Assembly (NCBI GenBank): GCA_964016885.1
Contig: OZ024742.1
Location: 368,404,001 to 368,468,000 of the forward strand
DNA: 64,000 bases
From: Eledone cirrhosa
Lineage: Eukaryota
Direction of reading: 5' to 3'
Below are positions 50,725 to 64,000 of this stretch, piece after piece. Each line of letters opens with the position of its first letter. The first letter of the stretch is position 1. Below the pieces are notes generated by a model that did no database searches, was not told the origin of the DNA, and was given only the letters and a program-made list of their open reading frames with translations. Both the position numbers and the translations under genes were made by a program.

Positions 50725-53700
50725 ATACTACAACCACTACTACCATCACTACCCATACTACAACCACTACTACCATCACTACCAATACTACAACCACTAC
50801 TACCATCACTACCAATACTACAACCACTACTACCATCACTACCAATACTACAACCACTACTACCATCACTACCAATACTACAACCACTACTACCATCACT
50901 ACCAATACTACAACCACTACTACCATCACTACCAATACTACAACCACTACTACCATCACTACCAATACTACAGCCACTACTACCATCACTACCTATACTA
51001 CAACCACTACTACCATCACTACCAATACTACAACCACCACTACCATCACTACCAATACTACAGGCACTACTACCATCACTACCAATACTACAACCACTAC
51101 TACCGTCCCTACCAATAGTACAACCACTACTACCATCACTACCAATACTACAACTACTACTACCATCACTACCAATACTACAACCACTACTACCATCACT
51201 ACCAATACTACAACCACTACTACCATCACTACTAATACTACAACCACTACTACCATCACTACCAATACTACAACTACTACTACCATCACTACCAATACTA
51301 CTACTACCACTACCATCACTACCAATACTACAACCACCACTACCATCACTACCAATACTACTACTACCACTACCATCACTACCAATACTACAACCACCAC
51401 TACCATCACTACCAATACTACTACTACCACTACCATCACTACCAATACTACTACTACCACTACCATAACTACCAATACTACAACCACCACTACCATCACT
51501 ACCAATACTACTACTACCACTACCATCACTACCAATACTACTACTACCACTACCATCACTACCAATACTACAACCACTACTACCATCACTACCAATACTA
51601 CAACCACTACTACCATCACTACCAATACTACAGCCACTACTACTATCACTACCAATACTACAACCACCACTACCATCACTACCAATACTACTACCACTAC
51701 TACCATCACTACCAATACTACAGCCACTACTACCATCACTACCAATACTACAGCCACTACTACTATCACTACCAATACTACAACCACCACTACCATCACT
51801 ACCAATACTACAACCACCACTACCATCACTACCAATACTACAACCACCACTACCATCACTACCAATACTACAACCACCACTACCATCACTACCAATACTA
51901 CTACCACTACTACCATCACTACCAATACTACAGCCACTACTACCATCACTACCAATACTACAGCCACTACTACCATCACTACCAATACTACAGCCACTAC
52001 TACTATCACTACCAATACTACAGCCACTACTACCATCACTACCAATACTACAGCCACTACTACCATCACAACCAATACTACAACCACTACTACCATCACT
52101 ACCAATACTACAACCACTACTACCATCTCTACCAATACTACAGCCACTACTACCATCACTACCAATACTACAACCACTACTACCATCACTACCAATACTA
52201 CAACCACTACTACCATCACTACCAATACTACAACCACTACTACCATCACTACCAATACTACAACCACCACTACCATCACTACCAATACTACAACCACTAC
52301 TACCATCACTACCAATACTACAACCACCACTACCATCACTACCAATACTACAACCACTACTACCATCACTACCAATACTACAACCACTACTACCATCACT
52401 ACCAATACTACAACCACCACTAACATCACTACCAATACTACAACCACTACTAGCATCACTACCAATACTACAACCACTACTACCATCACTACCAATACTA
52501 CAGCCACTACTACCACCACTACCAATACTACAGCCACTACTACCATCACTACCAATACTACTACCACCACTACCATCACTACCAATACTACAACCACTAC
52601 TACCATCACTACCAATACAACTACCACTACTACCATCACTACCAATACTACAACCACCACTAACATCACTACCAATACTACAACCACTACTAGCATCACT
52701 ACCAATACTACAACCACTACTACCATCACTACCAATACTACAGCCACTACTACCACCACTACCAATACTACAGCCACTACTACCATCACTACCAATACTA
52801 CAGCCACTACTACCACCACTACCAATACTACAACCACTACTACCATCACTACCAATACTACAGCCACTACTACCATCACTACCAATACTACAGCCACTAC
52901 TACCATCACTACCAATACTACAACCACTACTACCAACACTACCAATACTACAACCACTACTACCATCACTACCAATACTACAGCCACTATTACCATCACT
53001 ACCAATACTACAACCACTACTACCAACACTACCAATACTACAACCACTACTACCATCACAACCACTACTACCATCACTACCAATACTACAGCCACTACTA
53101 CCATCACTACCAATACTACAGCCACTACTACCATCACTACCAATACTACAACCACTACTACCAACACTACCAATACTACAACCACTACTACCATCACTAC
53201 CAATACTACAGCCACTATTACCATCACTACCAATACTACAACCACTACTACCAACACTACCAATACTACAACCACTACTACCATCACAACCACCACTACC
53301 ATCACTACCAATACTACAGCCACTACTACCATCACTACCAATACTACAACCACTACTACCAACACTACCAATACTACAACCACTACTACCATCACTACCA
53401 ATACTACAACCACTACTACCATCACTACCAATACTACAGCCACTACTACCACCACTACCAATACTACAGCCACTACTACCAATACTACAGCCACTACTAC
53501 CATCACTACCAATACTACAACCACTACTACCATCACTACCAATACTACAACCACTACTACCATCACTACCAATACTACAACCACTACTACCTTCACTACC
53601 AATACTACAACCACTATTACCATCACTACCAATACTACAGCCACTACTACCACCACTACCAATACTACAACCACTACTACCATCACTACCAATACTACAG

Positions 53701-56700
53701 CCACTACTACCATCACTACCAATACTACAACCACTACTACCATCACTACCAATACTACAACCACTACTACCATCACTACCAATACTACAACCACTACTAC
53801 CTTCACTACCAATACTACAACCACTATTACCATCACTACCAATACTACAGCCACTACTACCACCACTACCAATACTACAACCACTACTACCATCACTACC
53901 AATACTACAGCCACTACTACCATCACTACCAATACTACAACCACTACTACCATCACTACCAATACTACAACCACTACTACCATCACTACCAATACTACAA
54001 CCACTACTACCTTCACTACCAATACTACAACCACTATTACCATCACTACCAATACTACAGCCACTACTACCACCACTACCAATACTACAACCACTACTAC
54101 CATCACTACCAATACTACAGCCACTACTACCATCACTACCAATACTACAACCACCACTACCATCACAACCAATACTACAACCACTACTACCATCACTACC
54201 AATACTACAACCACTACTACCATCACTACCAATACTACAACCACTACTACCATCACTACCAATACTACAACCACTACTACCATCACTACCAATACTACAA
54301 CCACTACTACCATCACTACCAATACTACAACCACTACTACCATCACTACCAATACTACAACCACTACTACCACCACTACCAATACTACAGCCACTATTAC
54401 CATCACTACCAATACTACAGCCACTATTACCATCACTACCAATACTACAACCACTACTACCATCACTACCAATACTACAGCCACTACTACCATCACTACC
54501 GATACTACAGCCACTACCATCACTACCAATACTACAACCACTACTACCATCACTACCAATACTACAACCACTACTACCATCACTACCAATACTACAACCA
54601 CTACTACCACCACTACCAATACTACAACCACTACTACCATCACTACCAATACTACAGCCACTACTACCATCACTACCAATACTACAACCACTACTACCAT
54701 CACTACCAATACTACAACCACCACTTCCATCACTACCAATACTACAGCCACTACTACCATCACTACCAATACTACAACCACTACTACCATCACTACCAAT
54801 ACTACAACCACTACTACCATCACTACCAATACTACAGCCACTACTACCATCACTACCAATACTACTACCACCACTACCATCACTACAACTACTACAACCA
54901 CTACTACCATCACAACCAATACTACAGCCACTACTACCATCACTACCAATACTACAACCACTACTACCATCACTACTAATACTACTACCACCACTACCAT
55001 CACTACCAATACTACAACCACTACTACCATCACTACGAATACTACAACCACTACTACCATCACTACCAATACTACAACCACTACTACCATCACTACCAAT
55101 ACTACAACCACTACTACCATCACTACCAATACTACAGCCACTACTACCATCACTACCAATACTACTACCACCACTACCATCACTACAACTACTACAACCA
55201 CTACTACCATCACAACCAATACTACAGCCACTACTACCATCACTACCAATACTACAGCCACTACTACCATCACTACCAATACTACAACCACCACTCCCAT
55301 CACTACCAATACTACAACCACTACTACCATCACTACCAATACTACAACCACTACTACCATCACTACCAATACGACTACCACCACTCCCAACACTACCAAT
55401 ACTACAACCACTACTACCATCACTACCAATACTACAACCACCACTCCCATCACTACCAATACTACAACCACTACTACCATCACTACCAATACTACAACCA
55501 CTACTACCATCACTACCAATACGACTACCACCACTCCCAACACTACCAATACTACAGCCACTACTACCATCACTACCAATACTACAGCCACTACTACCAT
55601 CACTACCAATACTACAACCACCACTCCCATCACTACCAATACTACAACCACTACTACCATCACTACCAATACTACAGCCACTACTACCATCACTACCAAT
55701 ACTACAACCACCACTCCCATCACTACCAATACTACAGCCACTACTACCATCACTACCAATACTACAACCACTACTACCATCACTACCAATACGACTACCA
55801 CCACTCCCAACACTACCAATACTACAACCACTACTACCATCACTACCAATACTACTACCACTACTACCATCACTACCAATACTACAACCACTACTACCAT
55901 CACTACCAATACTACAACCACCACTCCCATCACTACCAATACTACAACCACTACTACCATCACTACCAATACTACAACCACTACTACCATCACTACCAAT
56001 ACTACAACCACTACTACCATCACTACCAATACTACAACCACCACCCCCATCACTACCAATACTACAACCACTACTACCATCACTACCAATACTACAACCA
56101 CCACTACCATCACTACCAATACTACTACCACTACTACCATCACTACCAATACTACAGCCACCACTACCATCACTACCAATACTACAGCCACTACTACCAT
56201 CACTACCAATACTACAACCACCACTCCCATCACTACCAATACTACAACCACTACTACCATCACTACCAATACTACAACCACTACTACCACCACTACCAAT
56301 ACTACAACCACCACTCCCATCACTACCAATACTACAACCACTACTACCATCACTACCAATATTACAACCACTACTACCATCACTACCAATACTACAACCA
56401 CTACTACCATCACTACCAATACTACAACCACTACTACCATCACTACCAATACTACTACCACTACTACCATCACTACCAATACTACAACCACTACCATCAC
56501 TACCCATACTACAGCCACTACTACCATCACTACCACTACTACCATCACTACCAATACTACAACCACTACTACCATCACTACCAATACTACAACCACTACT
56601 ACCATCACTACCAATACTACAACCACTACTACCATCACTACCCATACTACAGCCACTACTACCATCACTACCACTACTACCATCACTACCAATACTACAA

Positions 56701-59700
56701 CCACCACTACCATCACTACCAATACTACAACCACTACTACCATCACTACCAATACTACAACCACTACTACCATCACTACCAATACTACAGCCACTACTAC
56801 CATCACTACCAATACTACAACCACTACTACCATCACTACCAATACTACAACCACTACTACCATCACTACCAATATTACAACCACTACTACCATCACTACC
56901 AATACTACAACCACTACTACCATCACTACCAATACTACAACCACTACTACCATCACTACCCATACTACAGCCACTACTACCATCACTACCACTACTACCA
57001 TCACTACCAATACTACAACCACCACTACCATCACTACCAATACTACAACCACTACTACCATCACTACCAATACTACAACCACTACTACCATCACTACCAA
57101 TACTACAGCCACTACTACCATCACTACCAATACTACAACCACCACTACCATCACTACCAATACTACAACCACCACTACCATCACTACCAATACTACAACC
57201 ACTACTACCATCACTACCAATACTACAACCACTACTACCATCACTACCAATACTACAACCACCACTACCATCACTACCAATACTACAACCACTACTACCA
57301 TCACTACCAATACTACAGCCACTACTACCATCACTACCAATACTACAACCACTACTACCATCACTACCAATACTACAACCACTACTACCATCACTACCAA
57401 TACTACAGCCACTACTACCATCACTACCAATACTACAACCACTACTACCATCACTACCAATACTACAACCACTACTACCATCACTACCAATACTACAACC
57501 ACTACTACCACCACTACCCATACTACAACCACCACTCCCATCACTACCAATACTACAACCACTACTACCACCACTACCCATACTACAACCACTACTACCA
57601 TCACTACCAATACTACAACCACTACTACCATCACTACCAATACTACAACCACTACTACCATCACTACCAATACTACAACCACCACTCCCATCACTACCAA
57701 TACTACAACCACTACTACCATCACTACCAATACTACAACCACTACTACCATCACTACCAATACTACAACCACCACTACCATCACTACCAATACTACAACC
57801 ACCACTACCATCACTACCAATACTACAACCACCACTCCCATCACTACCAATACTACAGCCACTACCTTCACTACCAATACTACAACCACTACTACCATCA
57901 CTACCAATACTACAACCACTACTACCACTACTACCAATACTACAGCCACCACTCCCATCACTACCAATACTACCAATACTACAACCACTACTACCATCAC
58001 TACCACTACTACCAATACTACCAATACTACAACCACTACTACCATCACTACCACTACTACCATCACTACCAATACTACAGCCACTACTACCTTCACTACC
58101 AATACTACAACCACCACTACCATCACTACCAATACTACAGCCACTACTACCATCACTACCAATACTACAACCACTACTACCATCACTACCAATACTACTA
58201 CCACTACTACCATCACTACCAATACTACTACCACTACTACCATCACTACCAATACTACTACCACTACTACCATCACTACCAATACTACAGCCATTACTAC
58301 CATCACTACCAATACTACAACCACTACTACCATCACTACCAATACTACAACTACTACTACCATCACTACCAATACTACAACCACTACTACCTTCACTACC
58401 AATACTACAACCACTACTACCTTCACTACCAATACTACAACCACTACTACCATCACTACCAATACTACAACCACTACTACCATCACTACCAATACTACAG
58501 CCACTACTACCATCACTACCAATACTACAACCACTACTACCATCACTACCAATACTACAACCACTACTACCTTCACTACCAATACTACAACCACTACTAC
58601 CATCACTACCAATACTACAACCACTACTACCATCACTACCAATACTACAACCACCACTACCATCACTACCAATACTACAACCACTACTACCATCACTACC
58701 AATACTACAGCCATTACTACCATCACTACCAATACTACAACCACCACTACCATCACTACCAATACTACAGCCACTACTACCATCACTACCAATACTACAA
58801 CCACTACTACCTTCACTACCAATACTACAACCACTACTACCTTCACTACCAATACTACAACCACTACTACCTTCACTACCAATACTACAGCCACCACTAC
58901 CATCACTACCAATACTACAACCACTACTACCATCACTACCAATACTACAGCCACCACTACCATCACTACCAATACTACTACCACCACTACCATCACTACC
59001 AATACTACAACCACTACTACCATCACTACCAATACTACAACCACTACTACCATCACTACCAATACTACAACCACTACTACCGTCCCTACCAATACTACTA
59101 CCACTACTACCACCACTACCAATACTACAGCCACTACTACCATCACTACCAATACTACAGCCACTACTACCATCACTACCAATACTACAACCACTACTAC
59201 CATCACTACCAATACTACAGCCACTACTACCATCACTACCAATACTACAACCACTACTACCATCACTACCAATACTACAACCACTACTACCATCACTACC
59301 AATACTACAGCCACTACTACCATCACTACCAATACTACAACCACTACTACCATCACTACCAATACTACAGCCACTACTACCATCACTACCAATACTACAA
59401 CCACTACTACCATCACTACCAATACTACAACCACTACTACCATCACTACCAATACTACAACCACTACTACCATCACTACCAATACTACAACCACTACTAC
59501 CATCACTACCAATACTACAGCCACTACTACCATCACTACCAATACTACAACCACTACTACCATCACTACCAATACTACAGCCACTACTGCCATCACTACC
59601 AATACTACAACCACTACTACCATCACTACCAATACTACAACCACTACTACCATCACTACCAATACTACAACCACCACTACCATCACTACCAATACTACTA

Positions 59701-62700
59701 CCACTACTACCATCACTACCAATACTACAGCCACTACCATCACTACCAATACTACAACCACCACTACCATCACTACCAATACTACAGCCACTACTACCAT
59801 CACTACCAATACTACAACCACTACTACCATCACTACCAATACTACAGCCACTACTACCATCACTACCAATACTACAACCACTACTACCATCACTACCAAT
59901 ACTACAGCCACTACTACCATCACTACCCATACTACAACCACTACTACCATCACTACCAATACTACAACCACTACTACCATCACTACCAATACTACAACCA
60001 CTACTACCATCACTACCAATACTACAACCACTACTACCTTCACTACCAATACTACAACCACTACTACCACCACTACCAATACTACAACCACCACTAACAT
60101 CACTACCTATACTACAGCCACTACTACCATCACTACCAATACTACAACCACTACTACCTTCACTACCAATACTACAACCACTACTACCATCACTACCAAT
60201 ACTACAGCCACCACTACCATCACTACCTATACTACAGCCACTACTACCATCACTACCAATACTACAACCACTACTACCACCACTAGAAATACTACAACCA
60301 CCACTACCATCACTACCAATACTACAACCACTACTACCACCACTACCAATACTACAACCACCACTACCATCACTACCAATACTACAACCACTACTACCAT
60401 CACTACCATTACTACTACCACTACTACCACCACTACCAATACTACAACCACTACTACCATCACTACCAATACTACAACCACTACTACCACCACTACCAAT
60501 ACTACAACCACCACTACCATCACTACCAATACTACAACCACTACTACCATCACTACCAATACTACAACCACTACTACCATCACTACCAATACTACAACCA
60601 CTACTACCATCACTACCATTACTACTACCACTACTACCACCACTACCAATACTACCAATACTACAACCACCACTACCATCACTACCAATACTACAACCAC
60701 TACTACCATCACTACCAATACTACAACCACTACTACCATCACTACCAATACTACAACCACCACTACCATCACTACCAATACTACAACCACTACTACCATC
60801 ACTACCAATACTACAACCACCACTACCATCACTACCAATACTACAACCACTACTACCACCACTACAAATACTACAACCACTACTACCATCACTACCAATA
60901 CTACAACCACTACTACCATCACTACCAATACTACAACCACCACTACCATCACTACCAATACTACAACCACTACTACCACCACTACCAATACTACAACCAC
61001 TACTACCACCACTACCAATACTACAACCACTACTACCACCACTACCAATACTACAACCACTACTACCATCACTACCAATACTACAACCACTACTACCATC
61101 ACTACCAATACTGCAACCACTACTACCATCACTACCAATACTACAACCACCACTACCATCACTACCAATACTACAACCACTACTACCTTCACTACCAATA
61201 CTACAACCAATACTACCATCACTACCAATACTACAACCACCACTACCATCACTACCAATACTACAACCACTACTACCATCACTACCAATACTACAACCAC
61301 TACTACCATCACTACCAATACTACAACCACTATTACCATCACTACCAATACTACAACCACTACTACCATCACTACCAATACTACAACCACTACTACCATC
61401 ACTACCAATACTACAACCACTACTACCATCACTACCAATACTACAACCACTACTACCATCACTACCAATACTACAACCAATACTACCATCACTACCAATA
61501 CTACAACCACCACTACCATCACTACCAATACTACAACCACTACTACCATCACTACCAATACTACAACCACTACTACCATCACTACCAATACTACAACCAC
61601 CACTACCATCACTACCTATACTACAACCACTACTACCATCACTACCAATACTACAACCAATACTACCATAACTACCAATACTACTACTACCACTACCATC
61701 ACTACCAATACTACAACCACCACTACCATCACTACCAATACTACTACTACCACTACCATCACTACCAATACTACAACCACCACTACCATCACTACCAATA
61801 CTACTACTACCACTACCATCACTACCAATACTACTACTACCACTACCATAACTACCAATACTACAACCACCACTACCATCACTACCAATACAACTACTAC
61901 CACTACCATCACTACCAATACTACTACTACCACTACCATCACTACCAATACTACAACCACTACTACCATCACTACCAATACTACAACCACTACTACCATC
62001 ACTACCAATACTACAGCCACTACTACTATCACTACCAATACTACAACCACCACTACCATCACTACCAATACTACTACCACTACTACCATCACTACCAATA
62101 CTACAGCCACTACTACCATCACTACCAATACTACAGCCACTACTACTATCACTACCAATACTACAACCACCACTACCATCACTACCAATACTACAACCAC
62201 CACTACCATCACTACCAATACTACAACCACCACTACCATCACTACCAATACTACAACCACCACTACCATCACTACCAATACTACTACCACTACTACCATC
62301 ACTACCAATACTACAGCCACTACTACCATCACTACCAATACTACAGCCACTACTACTATCACTACCAATACTACAACCACCACTACCATCACTACCAATA
62401 CTACAACCACCACTACCATCACTACCAATACTACAACCACCACTACCATCACTACCAATACTACAACCACCACTACCATCACTACCAATACTACTACCAC
62501 TACTACCATCACTACCAATACTACAGCCACTACTACCATCACTACCAATACTACAGCCACTACTACTATCACTACCAATACTACAGCCACTACTACCATC
62601 ACTACCAATACTACTACCACTACTACCATCACTTCCAATACTACAACCACTACTACCATCACTACCAATACTACAACCACCACTACCATCACTACCAATA

Positions 62701-64000
62701 CTACAACCACTACTACCATCACTACCAATACTACAACCACTACTACCATCACTACCAATACTACAGCCACTACTACCATCACTACCAATACTACAACCAC
62801 CACTACCATCACTACCAATACTACAACCACTACTACCATCACTACCAATACTACAACCATTACTACCATCACTACCAATACTACAACCACCACTACCATC
62901 ACTACCAATACTACAACCACTACTAGCATCACTACCAATACTACAACCACCACTACCATCACTACCAATACTAGAACCACCACTACCATCACTACCAATA
63001 CTACAACCACCACTACCATCACTACCAATACTACTACCACTACTACCATCACTACCAATACTACAGCCACTACTACCATCACTACCAATACTACAGCCAC
63101 TACTACTATCACTACCAATACTACAGCCACTACTACCATCACTACCAATACTACAGCCACTACTACCACCACTACCAATACTACAACCACTACTACCATC
63201 ACTACCAATACTACAGCCACTACTACCATCACTACCAATACTACAGCCACTACTACCATCACTACCAATACTACTACCACTACTACCATCACTACCAATA
63301 CTACAGCCACTACTACCATCACTACCAATACTACAACCACTACTACCAACACTACCAATACTACAACCACTACTACCATCACTACCAATACTACAGCCAC
63401 TATTACCATCACTACCAATACTACAGCCACTACTACCACCACTACCAATACTACAGCCACTACTACCACCACTACCAATACTACAGCCACTACTACCATC
63501 ACTACCAATACTACAGCCACTACTACCATCACTACCAATACTACAACCACTACTACCAACACTACCAATACTACAACCACTACTACAATCACTACCAATA
63601 CTACAACCACTACTACCATCACTACCAATACTACAACCACTACTACCATCACCACCAATACTACAGCCACTACTACCATCACTACCAATACTACTACTAC
63701 CACTACCATCACTACCAATACTACAACCACTACTACCATCACTACCAATACTACAGCCACTACTACCATCACTACCAATACTACAACCACTACTACCACC
63801 ACTACCAATACTACAACCACTACTACCATCACTACCAATACTACAACCACCACTACCATCACAACCAATACTACAACCACTACTACCATCACTACCAATA
63901 CTACAACCACTACTACCATCACAACCAATACTACAACCACTACTACCATCACTACCAATACTACAACCACTACTACCATCACTACCAATACTACAACCAC
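50724..64000 (+). CDS. Putative Thr-rich repeat frame, segment 3 (about 4425 codons), open to the window end
   Basis: No stop or frameshift was seen in 13.3 kb, although many length variants (-3, -12, +9 etc.) occur, all in frame. The antisense Val ORFs ending at 50993, 60227 and 61616 share one frame, which confirms this. Confidence 0.38.

Larger units (their letters stand above)
26400..64000. repeat. 30-bp tandem array (ACC AAT ACT ACA ACC ACT ACT ACC ATC ACT)n, about 1250 copies, truncated by the window end
   Basis: The 30-bp period is directly visible (two units per 60-nt line). Consensus composition is 12 A, 12 C, 6 T, 0 G. Occasional 27-, 33- and 18-bp units occur. Confidence 0.98.

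Noticed and set aside
26284-64000. Minus-strand poly-Val ORFs (4626, 2294, 3036 aa etc.)
   Set aside because: Antisense shadows of the ACN triplet repeat. Thousands of contiguous V/L/M residues are implausible, and the frame is repeatedly hit by TAG variants.
1-64000. CRISPR array or other repeat-spacer system
   Set aside because: No unique spacers: units abut directly and differ only by point variants. No cas-like or other unique genes are present.
26400-64000. His/Tyr-rich (YHHYQYYNHY)n metal-binding or adhesive protein, or (LPSLPILQPL)n protein
   Set aside because: The YH frame is broken by very frequent TAA (every ACTAAT variant) and by stops in the junction. The LP frame has TAA at ATAACT variants (e.g. 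46490).
26400-64000. Telomeric repeat tract
   Set aside because: It matches no telomere repeat I know. The + strand is C-rich running rightward, opposite to the orientation expected for a right chromosome end.
26400-64000. Antifreeze/ice-binding protein (TxT arrays or (AAT)n antifreeze glycoprotein)
   Set aside because: There is no Ala-Ala-Thr tripeptide or TCT solenoid pattern, and Thr richness alone is not diagnostic.

Overview
This window is almost entirely two tandem arrays joined by fewer than 100 bp of unique sequence; the layout looks eukaryotic, but the taxon cannot be determined. (1) Bases 1-26317 are a non-coding satellite with a 64-bp monomer built from eight GGAATACT-like octamers. 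It carries near-identical higher-order duplications (offsets 6187, about 2415 and 424 bp). (2) Bases ~26400-64000, running off the end, are about 1250 copies of a 30-bp unit with no G (ACCAATACTACAACCACTACTACCATCACT). On the + strand this reads as a stop-free, Met-less Thr-rich frame, (TNTTTTTTIT)n, with an N-glycosylation sequon in nearly every repeat; the ORF track does not list it. The frame begins in the unique junction (NTPSNINSTDKTTATTTITNITT...), next to a candidate branch point and 3' splice acceptor. The best hypothesis is a giant (>37 kb) mucin-like exon preceded by a satellite-filled intron, but a non-coding trinucleotide-derived satellite cannot be excluded from sequence alone. The poly-Val ORFs in the track are antisense shadows. 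No RNA genes, CRISPR arrays or transposases were seen.
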